A stretch of 64,000 nt of DNA from the human T2T-CHM13v2.0 reference genome, Homo sapiens (GCF_009914755.1 NC_060933.1), one strand, 5' to 3'. Numbered from the stretch's first letter, positions 35,753-62,161 are shown. Numbers and translations are program-made. Notes: a model not told the origin generated them from the sequence alone.

Positions 35753-36104
35753 TTATTACCAGACCAGACCCCAAATAAAGTCAAAGAGCTTCTACAAAAA
35801 AAGAGGGAGGTTCAGCCTGAGAGAAGACTCACCAGAGGCTGGGCATGGTGGCTCATGCTTGTAATCCCAGCACTTTGGGAGGTTGAGGTGGGTGGATCAC
35901 TTGAGCCCTGTGGAAACATAGAGAAACCCTGTCTCTACAAAAAAATACAAAAATTAGCCAGTTGTGGCGGTATACACCTGTAGTCCTAGCTACTTGGCAG
36001 ACTGAATAGGGAGGATGGCTTGAGCCCAAGAGGCAGCAGTTGCAGTGAGCCAAGATTACATTACTCAAGGTGATCTTGACGTAGGTCTCACTTCTAACTC
36101 TAAG

Positions 36105-36650
<546 letters not shown>

Positions 36651-36699
36651 TAGAGGTGTGAGCCACCGTGCCCGACCTAACTTTCACACTTCTTATAGT

Positions 36700-37000
36700 A
36701 AAAGAAGAAAAAAAACTCTGCTCACATCATTTTTTACTTCTGACACCAAATGTGTGTGGGGTTTTCCTTCACTTTAAACAATTTAACAGCTCTCTGGCCA
36801 CCATCTGGGTGTCTTACAATACAGTTATGACGCTATCCACCTAGAGTCAGACCTTAACCACAGGTTAAGGTCTCAGTCCCAGCAGACTGTCCCCTACTTC
36901 AGATATCAGTTGAAAGTAGTGAGTTCCCAAGTTACTCACTCCTCTGTCCAACGTGGCTACAACGTTTCACCAACTTCACCAACTTGGAAGCTCTCTGAAC
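36700..37000. mobile_element. MER21-family LTR fragment
   Basis: ttctgacaccaaatgtgtg...ccacaggttaagg.ctcagtccca.cagactg. Confidence 0.7.
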
Positions 37001-37325
37001 CTTTTGTTTTTTATTTATTATTTATTATTATTATTTTTTTTTTGAGATGGAGTCTTGCTCTGTCACCCAGGCTGGAGTGCAGTGGCGTGATCTCGGCTCA
37101 CTGCAACCTCTGCCTCCTGGGTTCAAGCGATTGATTCTTTAGCCTCAGCCTCCCGAGTAGCTGGGACTACAGGTGTGCACCACCATGCCTGGCTAATTTT
37201 TATATTTTTAGTAGAGATGGGGTTTCACCATATTGGCCAGGCTGGTCTTGAACTCCTGACCTCGTGATCTGCCTCGGCCTCCCAAAGTGCTGGGATTACA
37301 GGAGTGAGCCTCCGTGCCCGGCCTG

Positions 37326-38589
<1,264 letters not shown>

Positions 38590-38652
38590 GGCCAGATGCG
38601 GTGGCTCATGCCTGTAACCCCAGCACTTTGGGAGGCCGAGGTGGGCAAATCA

Positions 38653-38902
<250 letters not shown>

Positions 38903-40081
38903 TTAAGGATAAGATTTTATTAAGGCTATTGCAATAGGGAGAGCCATCTAGATGTGAAGATCAAAGTATTCTGGCAAAGTAGCTTTGCCTTAGACCTTTA
39001 TAGTTAGGAATGGGCAAGTCACAGTTGCATAAGGAACAGTTAGAATGGTTTTGCAATCAGGGGAAGTCTCTACCAGCTGAACAGAAAATGTTTACTTTTG
39101 TCTCTAGTTTCAGGGGGACAGGCAATTCTAATCTTAATTGCTCATGAAAAAAGGAACTCGAAGTTGAAGGGTCTGCATTTGACCTTGTCACAAATACCTG
39201 GAAGTCATCTGTGAATCCTATAGAAGGGAGTCTTATCTAAATTAGTGGAGCCTGGAGCAGTGGCTCACACCTGTAATCCCAGCACTTTGGTAGTTCCAAG
39301 GTGGGCAAATCACCTGAGGTCAGGAGTTTGAGACCAGCTTGGCCAGCATGGTGAAACCACATCTCTACTAAAAATACAAAAATTAGCTGGGCATGGTGGC
39401 ACACACCTGTAATCCCAGCTATTCAGAAGGCTGAGGCAGGAGAATCGCTTCAACCCAGGAAGCAGAGGTTGCAGGTTGCAGCCAGCCGAGATCGCTCCAC
39501 TGCACTCCAGGCTGGGTGACAAGAGTGAAACTCCATCTCAAAAAAAAAAAAAAAAAAAAAGAGAGACCTCCATCTCTACAAAAAATTAAAAAGTTAGCCA
39601 GGTGTCCCAGCTACTTGGGGGCAGAGGTGGGAGGATTACTTGATCCTGGGAGGTAGAGCCTACAGTGAGCTATGAATGCACCACTGCACTCCAGCCTGGG
39701 CAACAAAGTGAGACCCTGTCTCAAAACAAAAACAAAAACAAAAAACAAACATAGAAGAAAAAGAAATAATTAATTAATTAATTAATGGGAGGAGCCAGTG
39801 GTTCTTACAGGTAAGCAATTTCCAGGAACACAAAAGGATGAGGGGAGTGTGAAAAACAAAAGGTTGGGAGATGTCTTAACTCTTGCCGTTTTCCAGGAGC
39901 ATAGGGCTTAGGTAAAGTTCAACGTTGTTAATCTCATGAAAAAAGTGTGAAAATTAAACAAAAAGGGGCACACACACATAGGCTCTGGCTCCCTGCATCG
40001 GAGATGCCAGAAAGAGCAATCTCTTAAAAGGCATTCCTGCCATTCTCCTGCTGCCCTCCCATTGCTTGCTTGCTTGCTTGA

Positions 40082-40315
<234 letters not shown>

Positions 40316-40677
40316 TGACTTCAGGTATCTGCCCACCTCAGCCTCCCAAAGTGTTGTGATTAGCGGTGTGAGCCACTGCACCTGGCCCCCATTGCTTTGA
40401 GATAAAGGCCAAAGTCCTTAGCAAGGCCTCCAGGCCCCACTGAGCTGGCCCCTGCCTACTTCTCCGGCCTCACCTCAGGGCCTTCTTCCCCTCTGTCTGT
40501 GCACTCCAGCTTCACTGCTCTTTCTGGAACACTCCATTCTCTCTTTTGCCTCAGGGCTTTTACTCAAGTTGTTCTTTCTGCCTCAAAAGCTCTCCAACCC
40601 TCCTAACCTCAAACCCTACCCCAATGTGGACACCTCAAGCTTGGTTAGTTACCTCTTCCTCATTCTTCAGTCTATAT

Positions 40678-42170
<1,493 letters not shown>

Positions 42171-42334
42171 TGATCAAGTTACTTTGTTAAAAAACCCTTG
42201 GATATCAAAATTCTGTTTTCTAGAGTAGCATCAACAGAAATATAATGCATACCACATGAGTAGTAATAAATTTTCCTGTTGGGCACATTTTTAAAAGTAA
42301 AGAGAAAAAGTAAAATAGATTTTTTTTGTTTTAA

Positions 42335-42670
42335 CAATGTTTTATTTTTAATTGTAGTAAAATATAATATAAAAGTTATCATCCTGACCATTTTTAAGTG
42401 TACAGTTCAGTAACATTAACTGCATTCATATAGTTGTGGGATTAAACTCCAGAACATTTTCATCTTACAGAACAGAAACTGTCTACATATTAAACAACCC
42501 CTGATTCCTTTCTTCCCTACTCCCCCATCACCCGCCTTGCTCCTGGCAACCACCATTCTACTTTCTGTCTCTATAAGTTTGACAATGCTAGGAACCTCTT
42601 ATAAATGGATTAATACAGTATTTGTCCTTTTGTGACTGGCTCATTTCACTTAGCAGAATGTTCTATTGTA
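42335..42670 (-). mobile_element. L1MB-type 3' end fragment
   Basis: ccatttttaagtgtacagttcagt...ctggcaaccaccattctactttctgtctct...ttttgtgactggct.atttcacttagca. Confidence 0.8.
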
Positions 42671-42788
42671 TGCATATATGTATATATATGTAGCTATCGA
42701 GCGCTTGAAATATAATAAATATTATTATATACATATATTGTGTTTAAATGTTAAATATATTATTTACATAATATAAATATAATATTAA

Positions 42789-42927
<139 letters not shown>

Positions 42928-43544
42928 TAGCTAGGATTACAGGCGCACACCACCATGCCCGGCTAATTTTTTTATATTTTCAGTAGAGATGGGGTTTTGC
43001 CATGTTGGCCAGGCTGGTCTCAAATGCCTGACCTCAGGTGATCCGCCTGCTTTGGCCTCCCAAAGTGCTGGGTTTACAGGCATGAGTCACTGCACCCAAC
43101 CTAAGAGTTTAAATATCTTAAATTTAAATATCTTTAAATATCCTAAATAAATTAAACACTTCATTCCATAAAATAGAATAAGTGTTCCAATGAGCCGAGC
43201 AGAGTCTCCTGACCTCGTGATCCACCCACCTCGGACTTCCAAAGTGCTGGGATTACAGGTGTGAGCCACCGCGCCTGGCGGATTGGTCATTTCAAAGTTC
43301 TCCTCTGCAAGGCAGGCACAAGGAAACAGAACTATAGAGAAATAAGTGATTGTTTTTTAAATTTCCTTTTCCTGTTTTTTTTTTAATTTAAAAACAATTT
43401 TTAGACTTCTACTTTTTATTTTATTTTTTTAGAGAGACAGAGTTTTGCTCTGTTGCTCAGGCTAGAGTGCAAGACTGGAGGCAAGACTGGGCTAAAATCC
43501 AGCCCATACTGTGACCATTTGGCCCAGAAGGTGCATCTTTTTAA

Positions 43545-43745
<201 letters not shown>

Positions 43746-44094
43746 TAGCTAGGATGGTCTCGATCTCCTGACCTCGTGATCCATTTTAATTTTTTAATTT
43801 TAAAAAATTTTTGAGACAGAATCTTGCTCTGTCACCCAGGCTGGGGCACAGTGGCATTATTTCCGCTCACCGCAACCTCCGCCTCCCAGATTGAAGTGAT
43901 TCTCGTGCCTCAGCCTCCCAAGTAGCTGGGATTGCAGGTGTGCACCACCACACCTGGCTAATTTTTGTATTTTTAGTAGAGATGTGTTTTGCCATGTTGG
44001 CCAGGCTGGTCTCAAATTCCTGAGCTCAAGCGATCCTCTTGCCTCGTCCTCCCAAAGTGCTGGGATTGCAAGTGTGAGCCACCACACCCAGCCA

Positions 44095-45592
44095 CAATTA
44101 CCTCTTGAAGCCACTTGCTACATAGTCTCTAGATCAACTGATGCCAAGTAGTCACCAAATGCCATATGCTGGATGCCATATCCCATACCCTATAGCTCAA
44201 CGATGTCTAGCTGTTATAGTAGCTAGTCAGGCACACATGAGAAGACTAGACTGCAGTGGCTCGATCATATGGTAAACTATATATATACATAGCCATTCTT
44301 TTGGTCTAAGCTTCTGTACTAGGCCCCAGCAGACCAGACTAAAAATCAAAATGGAATCACTCAGGCTGAGGTTTCCATGCCACCAAACCAAAACTAATTT
44401 GTTATCTGACCTTCCCATAAATCAAGAGAGAGATAACAGCCTAACTTCCTGAACAGGCCAGTTTCAATTGGCATGATAATGAAGTTCTCTCTGCTTTAAT
44501 CCTTAACAAAAAAGTAAACTGAGGTAAACTGATGTTAACCAATCACTTGGTTGGGCATGGTGGCTCATGCCTGTATCCCAGCACTTTGGGAGGCCAAGGC
44601 AGGTAGATCCCTTGTGTCCAGGAGTTTGAGACCAGCCTGGGCAATATGACAAAAGTACGTCTCTACAAAAAATACAAAAATTAGCTGGGTGTGGTGGTGC
44701 ACACCTGTAGTTCCAGCTAATCAGGAAGTTAAGGTGGGAAGATGGCTTAAGCCCAGGTGGTCAAAGCTGCAGTGAGCCAAGATCACGCCACTTGTCACAC
44801 CTAGTGCCAGGGAAAGGCAGTCTCCCAGTAGTTAGAAAAACCAGATACTAGTGATGAACAGCCTTCCAAGTTGGGTGAGTGGGCTCAGACATTCACACTA
44901 AGAGGCAAAATGGCAGAGTTTAACTGGTATATGACCTTCTAAGAGTATTTGACTAAGGGAAGAATGCCTCAAGTGAGCATGCATATAACTCCCGTAAACA
45001 CGCTGCGCACGCAGCCCCTCTGAAATGCTGGCAGGCCACTGTACATGCGGACAGCCCACTCCAAGGGAAGAAGAATCAGGAGAGAAGTAATGCAAGACCC
45101 CAGAAAAATGCCAACATATAAAACCTCAAGTCAAAGGTCAAACTACACATTTGATCTCTCAAGTCACCCACTTGGCCCTCTTCCAAGTGGACTTTCCTTC
45201 CTTTCATTCCCACTCTAAAGCTTTTTAATAAACTTTCACTCCTGCTCTAAAACTTGCCTCAGTCTCTCACTTTGCCTTATGCCCCTGGGTCAAATTCTTT
45301 CTTCTGATGAGGCAAGAATTGAGGTTGCTGCAGAACCCTACAGATTCACTGATTCACCGCTACTAACATAGCCAGTTGCTAACCAATGTCATCTCTGTAA
45401 ACCAGTGAGAATTCCTGTCAAACAACTTTGCATCAGCCCACTTCTTGCTTTTAAAACCCTGTTTAATAACAAAGGCCAAACAAAGCACTCTCCCAGTCAA
45501 CTTGGAAGTGTGTCCTGGGCTGGAGTCCTCAAACTCTGCCCAAATAAATTCTCTGTATTAATTTTGCCTTAGTTTCTTTCTTTAGGTGGACA
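44095..45592 (+). mobile_element. Nested LTR block: outer ERV1 LTR containing a MER50-like LTR (44212-45368), itself containing another LTR piece and a truncated Alu
   Basis: Inner element TGTTATAG...ACTAACA flanked by 4-bp TSD TAGC (44208-44211, 45369-45372); outer LTR resumes and ends ...ttaggtggaca. Confidence 0.7.
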
Positions 45593-45607
45593 GGATGTTG
45601 AGAATTA

Positions 45608-45997
<390 letters not shown>

Positions 45998-46156
45998 TTA
46001 ATTTAAAAAATAAAATTAAAAAGATGCTCCTTCTGGGTCAAATGGTCCGGGTATGGGCTGGAATTTAGCCCAGTCTTGCCTCCTTATGCAGTAAACAGCC
46101 TATCCCACCATTTGCAGTGGCACTGCAGAGTCTCTGGAAGGAGTCCCCTTGTCTAA

Positions 46157-47400
<1,244 letters not shown>

Positions 47401-47488
47401 ACATGGGGTCCAGATATCTAAATTCTTGTGAGCAGTGAGTACATTGTAAGCTAGTTACATGTGTTAACTGATTTAATCCTCACAATAA

Positions 47489-47692
<204 letters not shown>

Positions 47693-48499
47693 TAGAGAAG
47701 AGGTCTCACTATGTTGCCCAGGCTGGTCTTAAACTTCTGGGCTCAAGCTATCCACCCACCTTGGCCGGCTAACTTCATTTTTAACATACGAGGAGTTGAA
47801 CCCACAGAGTGGTTCCATTTGCTAAATTACAGGGCTAGGGATTTGAACTCGGGCCACCTGGCTTTCTTACCCAAGGTAGTGAGAGGCTCCACCTACCTTA
47901 GTTCTAGCTGAGCTGGGGTGTGTGAAGAACACCCTTGCTGCTTCTCCTTGTTTCCAGCCTGTGTATGAATAACTACTTCTCAGAATGGAAACACTCCTTT
48001 CTTTGATATGCTAATACATTCCTTGGTCAGGGCAGCAAGGCCTGAGATCCACTCTGTTTCCTTCAGACGACTGTCTGAATCTACCCTACTGGCTCAAAAC
48101 TTTCTCTCAGAGGGCAATGGCTTCACCTTTATTTCCTAGTTATTGTGGGACACCTCCCCAGGGTACATGAGTTCTGACAACAAACACCCACTCAGATCAT
48201 CGGAAAATCCAAACCAGTCTAAAAATTTCAGAGGCGGGATTGTCTGATTTTTTTCTCTTTACACAATAAACTTTTGAAATGCTACAAGCAAAAAGAATTC
48301 TGGAATTTGTAGATATTTAGATGGTTTGAGGGACTGGACTGTTAGAGGAACCCTAATGTGAAGGCTTTTGTTAAGTGGAGCACCACATTTGTAATTCAAA
48401 CAATCACCCCCTAGCCAGATAAAAATAACAGCTTCCATTTCCTGGCTCTTACTGCAGACTAGAAATTGCAAGGGCTTTACATCTGTCATCATCTCTCTC

Positions 48500-49245
<746 letters not shown>

Positions 49246-49329
49246 TACCATCATCTCTTTTAATCTTCATGCCACCTCTAGAAGTGTGTATTGCTGTCTT
49301 CCATTGATTGACTGAGTGAACTGTGGTTT

Positions 49330-51370
<2,041 letters not shown>

Positions 51371-52126
51371 TTCAGATCTTAAACACCACTTCCTTGGTAC
51401 AGCATTCAGAGACACCTCCATATTCCTCTCCCCTTACTAAAGGTTCCTTCTTACGGCACCCTGCATTTTTCCTTCATGACTTTATCACAGTTTGTAATTG
51501 TCTATTTATTTTAATTAATCTGTCTGTGTCCATAAACTGTGAGCTCCGCCGGGACCTTGTTTGCCCTGCTCTCTGCTATGTCCTCAATATCAACAGTGGA
51601 CTAGGATCACAGCAGGCTTTCATCAAATATTTATGGGAAACAGTCCAGTCCATTCCTGAACTCGGGTTCAGAAAAGGATAGCGACCTGTCCAAAATCACA
51701 CAGGTTAGCGGCAGACTTGATCCCGAGTCTCCTAACTGGCAACCCAAGACTCTATCCCCGGAACTGGCAAGAATCTTCCTGAACTACCCCGATAAAATTT
51801 TGAGTGCCAAAGAAAGTCCCAGAAAGGGAGTGAGTAGAGCAGTGTGGAGAGTAGGAGGAAAGTGATTTGACTTGGCCCCTCCTCTCTTGACGTTGAGCAT
51901 ACTGCAAACAGACACTATACGTGGCAGGGCGGCTACAGAGTGAACCAGCGACAGGGTAGCCATTAAAAGAGGCCAGGGAGCGGACAGAGGAGTAGAGGGC
52001 AGTACTGCGCAGTAGACTGCACAGGCGCAGTCGAGGAGCTCCGCTCCTTTCTCCTCAGCCCCGCCCCGCCCCATTTCTGCCGAATCACAGAAGTTCAAGA
52101 GCGGTCAGCTGATGCTACGCTGTGCG

Positions 52127-52136
52127 GTCACGTGAC
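52127..52136. promoter_or_regulatory. CLEAR element (TFEB/TFE3/MITF; also USF) GTCACGTGAC
   Basis: Perfect 10-bp palindrome identical to the CLEAR consensus, ~120 bp upstream of the ATG of a lysosomal V-ATPase gene. Confidence 0.9.
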
Positions 52137-52256
52137 AACGGGGGCGAAGCGCAGGCGCAAGGAGCAAGCGCAGATTGTGGGCGGCTGTGTCAGCTGACCC
52201 AAGGGGCCTTCGAGGTGCCTTAGGCCGCTTGCCTTGCTCTCAGAATCGCTGCCGCC

Positions 52257-52338
52257 ATGGCTAGTCAGTCTCAGGGGATTCAGCAGCTGCTGCAGGCCGA
52301 GAAGCGGGCAGCCGAGAAGGTGTCCGAGGCCCGCAAAA
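52257..52338 (+). CDS. ATP6V1G1: V-type proton ATPase subunit G1, coding exon 1 (MASQSQGIQQLLQAEKRAAEKVSEARK, phase-1 end)
   Basis: Strong Kozak GCCGCCATGG; the translation matches the known N-terminus of V-ATPase G1; followed by donor A|GTGAGT at 52339; 82 coding nt. Confidence 0.99.
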
Positions 52339-52854
52339 GTGAGTTTCAGGGTGGGGCTGCCCGGCGTGGCGCGAGTCGAAGAAAGACCGCTGGGCCTCAG
52401 GTGGTGGGTAGATTAGGCCCGAAAAACTGCGGGGTGCGGGCGTGCGTATAGTCGCGGAAGGTTGTGTGTTTCGAAGCTTTGAGGAGCTGAGGCTCTGGAA
52501 GGCTTGCGGATCGCCTGGAAGCCACGATGTGAGATGGTAAATTGGGCGTGGAAACAATAATGGGTTACCGTCCTTGGGGCCTGGAGGCATGTGAAATGGG
52601 CTCTCCAAACGGAGCTCTTTGTTCTTCTTCTCTCCCACTTAACCGCTCTGGGGTGGTCAGTCTCGGTGAAGGGAGCCAGCATCCACACAGTTGCTTGGTC
52701 TAGAAACCTGGAGTCCTGCTTGCCTCTTCTCCCTCCCTCATTTAGTCAGTCGCCAAGGCTTGCGTATCTTTCACTTTTTCCCCCATGTCTACTACCAGCG
52801 TCTTAGTCCAGGACACCAGTTTCTCTAAAGGTACTGTAGTTGTCTAAATCGTTG

Positions 52855-52925
52855 GCGTGTGTGCGTGTGTGTGTTTCTGATATGTGGCAAGCGCAGTGTG
52901 TGTGTGTTTCTAACATGTGGCAAGC

Positions 52926-52960
<35 letters not shown>

Positions 52961-52987
52961 CTGTCTAATATGTGGCAAGCGCAGTGC
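52855..52987 (+). repeat. Compound minisatellite: 3 x [(GT)n-TTCT..A(T/C)ATGTGGCAAGCGCA]
   Basis: ATGTGGCAAGCGCAGTG occurs three times, each preceded by a GT run of different length. Confidence 0.9.
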
Positions 52988-54329
52988 CCAGTGCATCAGT
53001 TGTCTCCCCTAACGTGGCATTCAGTGTCGCAGTGAAGGAAGCAGGTATTGGGTCAGTTAATTAATTGCAGGAGAGATGAGGGCTGGAGTGGAGAAATGTA
53101 AGGTTGCTAAAGAATTTAACAGGTGAGTTTAATCTAGACTGGGGAGTGGAAGAACCCGTTCTGGTCCCCTCCAGTCAATCCATTCTCCTCTCTGCAATCA
53201 GTCATCCTTCTAAAATGCAAATATGTGACTTCCTGCTGGTAAGGAACAAAATAAATAAATAAGTGCAGATATGATTTCCCTACCGCCTTTGTAGTCAGAC
53301 GTTTAGTTCCTGCAGAAGAAAGCTCAAATTCCTTAATGAAGTTGGGGAGGCTCTTGTGGGTCAGGCCTGGTGCTTTCCTCCAGCTATACTGAATCGTTGT
53401 GGTCCCTCAGAAGCAGCATGATGTCTTTCACCTGCAGGTTTTTGCACACGCTGTTTCTTCTGACGTGAGAAGCCTTTTCCAATTCTCCTCCCCTTTGTTC
53501 TCTGACCCTTAGTCTTCCATCAGACCTCAATTTAGGAAACACTTCTTCCCGGGAAGCCTTTCCTGACTCATGCTTGTCCCCCGGACTAGGCTTGGAGTCC
53601 CTCCCAAGTGCTGATTTCTGCCACTGCCGTGCAATAACCTGTTTGTTTATATGGCTCAGTCACTAGACTAAGCTTCTGGAGAACAGAAACTATGTCTCAT
53701 TTAACTTTATGTATCCAGTTTCCCGTCTGGTGAGAAAGATGCTTCTATCCCTATTTTACAGATAGTAAAAATGAGGCTCAGAGAGAAATGATTTATCCAT
53801 ACCCTGGGAAGCAACATAGTTGGGACTCAGAAGCCTCTTTTTCCATGCAAGGCGAAGATACTGATCTTAGTAATTCCTTGGTGTTTCTCCTAGTATAGGA
53901 GTTATTCTATCTGACATCCAACTAGATTTCAAGCATGTCTCCTCTACTTGTGCAGTTAGGGGTTGTGTGGTACTTGGAAAGCTTTCTTTGAGGGTGTTGG
54001 GAATGAGAAGAAGCCTTTTGTTCTTGCTCCGGTGACTGGAAAGTTCTTTGTTCTTCCCAGAATATTTCCAGTCATGCCCTTGATAGTGTATTTCCAGAAT
54101 GACTTCTCACAGTTTGTGTTCTGATGGCTCATCAGTAACAGAAGTTGTATCTGTCGGGAGGGATAGGAGAATAGATTGGGGAAGTGCAGGAAAAAATGCT
54201 TGGAATAGGTAAGAATAATTCTGAGTGCCCTAGCCAGGTAGGATTTATGTTTTATACCTTTATCCTGTCAAGCCTGGTGCAGGGTTTTGTATATGTCAGG
54301 TAGCTGTGAATTGGTTTTAAAAAGTATTA

Positions 54330-55510
<1,181 letters not shown>

Positions 55511-56969
55511 GTGGACCTTAAAATTTTAAAAAAGTTTGTGTTAATGGCATATTTCATTGGAGTGAAACAAAACACTGGCTCCCATATGTAAGGCCCAAGA
55601 AGAACAAGATTTAAGAGAAATACGATTTTCTGTTTAAATATTTTTGATTTTTAGAGGCCCCTGTCAAAATTGAATGTTGAAGATGTTTGCCAAAGGCAGT
55701 AAATGGTATTATCCTGAGTTATAAATGCAGGGAGCCATGGGAGTTGGGAGGTGATGTCTTGTGAAATCATGCGGAGCTACTGCATAATGTTCAGGCCATG
55801 AGTGTTATTTATAGATTGTTGGTTTCGAAAGTATCTTTAGCTTTGAAATACAGCCCATTATAGCTGATGGGAAGATAGCATGTGAAGGATTGGGGTACAG
55901 GTGGCCGAAGCAGACAGTAGTAGGCCAGAAATAATACTGGAGTGAATGTGGACTTGCAGAAATAGTTCTTGGAGTTTTGAGAGAGAGACCTGTTAATTGT
56001 TTCAGACTAGCATCAGGGAATGTTGATGTCATGGGGTCATTTCATTACAGGTCCAAAGTTCTGTTCTGAATCAGGATGTGGAAGGTTAAGTTCATTTTCA
56101 CTCATTCGCGTGGACTCTAGACAGTTGGTATACAATGATGTACAGTGTTGTATAACAAAGCTTAATTTTAGATGCAGGATGTCTTTTGCTCTCAAATAAA
56201 TAGGTTGATGGTCTAGAACCTCTCTTTTTTTTTTTTTATTGGTGAGCGGAGACTCAAAGCAGAGATTATATGTTGGCTGTCCTTGTGGTCTGTTTTCATG
56301 TAGACTCTGACCAAACCTAGAGATTTTTTCCAGCTGTATGTTAAGCCACTCACTTCTAGAAACCAAAATACCTGTGTCTCCTCTTCTCTCAGCCACTTGT
56401 GCAGTCTTACTGTCCAGTACTCCTCATTCAGCATTCCTTCTCAGTCACCACTGTCCTTACTTCCTTGTGACAGGGACTGCTTTTAGTTTCCAGTGTTACA
56501 TTATATAGTTGGTTCATTAGTTACATTATATGTTGCTGTCCCTTGCGAGCTTATTAGCCTTCTTGCTAAGCATCTGAGTAGGGTTGCACCTTTAATCAGC
56601 AGCATACTTAAGGTGTTTACTTCTGGAGAAGAGTTCCCTAGATGGTTAATGTTACTCATTTTATGTTGGTTCTTAATAGTTGAGATTGAGAGAATATTCT
56701 GACACATTCTACAATTTTTTTCCATCTTTTTAATGGGCTGTAGTTACAGAAGGTATTCATTTTTGTCTTGTCACTTCCTAGTTAAGTACAGCCTATAGGA
56801 GGGAGGAACCTGTACTGTTTGTTAGCTCTGAATTCCCTCTTTCCCATGCACATCTCTTCGGACTGTGTCATAATTTATTCTTGGCTTATTGTTATAATAT
56901 ACCATCTTGTCTCTGCTTGCTTTTCTACTTTTAACCACTTCCTGATATAGCTCTCTCCTTTGAAAACAG

Positions 56970-57070
56970 GAAAGAACCGGAGGCTGAAGCAGGCCAAAGA
57001 AGAAGCTCAGGCTGAAATTGAACAGTACCGCCTGCAGAGGGAGAAAGAATTCAAGGCCAAGGAAGCTGCG
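56970..57070 (+). CDS. ATP6V1G1: ATP6V1G1 coding exon 2 (RKNRRLKQAKEEAQAEIEQYRLQREKEFKAKEAA)
   Basis: Acceptor ctctctcctttgaaaacAG and donor GCG|GTGGGG; 101 nt restores frame with exon 1 (82+101=183 nt). Confidence 0.98.
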
Positions 57071-57909
57071 GTGGGGCACCATTTGTTTTTGTTACTGCTT
57101 TAGTTTCTGATCCCCTGTCCCGCCAAGGCTTTCAGAATATCCAGCATAGCTCAGAGATCCTGGTCGAAGTTTGAAAATGTGGTAGCTGTGTGTTTTATTG
57201 GCTGCTCAGGCATCTGTCTTTTAGGATGATCAGTTTTTCCATTCATATTGATTTCTAATTTTCATTTATTCACTCATTTAACACGTATCTGTTAAGCAGT
57301 TAACATGCGCCAGGTACTGTGCTAGATGCTAGGGATCAGTTGTGACCAGGAATAGACATGGTCCCTTCCCTCATGGAGTGTAGCTTACCATCCAGTGGTC
57401 AGGGAGACTCAGTAATACAGTGCAAATCATGCAGAGCTACTACTGAAAAATGCTGTGACGGTCATAAACATAAATCAAATGGAGCCCCACTTTAGTATAT
57501 TGTATATAGTACAGACATTTACCAGTGATGTAGGCTATACTATGGTGCATACAATAATAGTACAAAAACAGATCACAGAAAGCATAGAGGAGGCAGGGAC
57601 AATTGTGGAAAGGGGAAAGGATGGATAAGGGCCTCACAGAGAAAAGAAACTATCAGGACTCTTGGGTGCAGGTAACAAAATATAATTAAAACTGATTCTA
57701 AATGGGATGTATTGGCCTATATAATTAAAAACCCAAGAGCTTAAATAATATGCTCAGGACTTTCTCTCACCTCTGTGTTTGGCTTTGTATCATTCTCAAG
57801 TTCTACACTGTGGCCTCTAGTAGTTCCAGCATACACACTTCCAGGCCCAAGTCCAGTGAGTAAAGGCACATACCTCCCTCCTTGCATTAAGTAGCAAAAA
57901 TTTTGATCA

Positions 57910-60889
<2,980 letters not shown>

Positions 60890-61387
60890 TCACTGTTAAC
60901 AGGTTTCTTTTTTTATTCTTCTAGAATATTTATATTTGCAAGAATAGATGTGACACACTGGTGAATCCACTGTTGAACTTAAGAACTAAAACACTAACCA
61001 ATAATGGTGAAACTCCTTGTATATTCCTCCTAAATTGTATCTTCCTTGTGTTTGTTATTCTTGTTTGGAGATGGGGTCTTCTTGCAGTTTTGCTCAGGTA
61101 GGGCTCCAAGTCATGATCCTCCTGCTTCAGTCTCTCGAATAGCTGAGACTACAGGCATGCACCACCACGACTGGCTTGTGTTTATTATTATTTAGGAGTT
61201 TTTAAAAACCTTGTATCTCCCCACATTTAAAACCACAGGTACAAAAACATACTAACCACATTGATACTGTTGTATATCTTGCTTTTCCCCCTCCTTAAGC
61301 TGTATTTTACAGTTCACTGCAATTCCTGAATAGTTCTCTTGCACAGAAGCAAGTTGAGTTTTTAGGTTGATTCCTATCTTTGGTTAA

Positions 61388-61707
<320 letters not shown>

Positions 61708-61987
61708 TATATAGCAGATTCTTAGAGGAGAGATGCGAATACATGTCTTTGGAATAATTTCCTAGCAGTGGGAATACTGTGTAGTTTACTTTTGGTAGAT
61801 GTGGCTCCTGTTAACTCTGAGAATACCTCACATGTGCTCCAGCCATGAGGTCATATTGCCAGCTTCTGAGTATACTGATAGGTGAGCCTGGGTTTCTCCA
61901 AAAGTCAACAAGTAGCTTACGAAATGTACCTGACCAACCAGAGCATTGTTCTGATAATCCCTCCGTGACATCACTCCCCATCTCCAG

Positions 61988-62161
61988 GCATTGGGATCCC
62001 GTGGCAGTTGCAGCACTGAAGTGGAGAAGGAGACCCAGGAGAAGATGACCATCCTCCAGACATACTTCCGGCAGAACAGGGATGAAGTCTTGGACAACCT
62101 CTTGGCTTTTGTCTGTGACATTCGGCCAGAAATCCATGAAAACTACCGCATAAATGGATAG
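61988..62161 (+). CDS. ATP6V1G1: ATP6V1G1 coding exon 3 (ALGSRGSCSTEVEKETQEKMTILQTYFRQNRDEVLDNLLAFVCDIRPEIHENYRING*)
   Basis: Acceptor ccccatctccAG; 57 codons plus TAG at 62159-62161; total protein 118 aa as known for G1. Confidence 0.98.
   Translation, partial: ALGSRGSCSTEVEKETQEKMTILQTYFRQNRDEVLDNLLAFVCDIRPEIHENYRING

Larger units (their letters stand above)
51900..52520 (+). promoter_or_regulatory. ATP6V1G1: CpG-island, TATA-less promoter and 5' UTR of ATP6V1G1
   Basis: High CpG/GC density; GC boxes CCCCGCCCCGCCCC 52059-52072; NRF1-like GCGCAGGCGCA 52149-52159; E-boxes. Confidence 0.9.

Noticed and set aside
52257-52451. 64-aa single-exon ORF from the ATP6V1G1 ATG
   Set aside because: Reads through the exon 1 donor into the intron; the real CDS is spliced at 52338
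52855-52987. Repeat-spacer pattern superficially like a CRISPR array
   Set aside because: Eukaryotic intron; the 'spacers' are just GT runs; no cas genes
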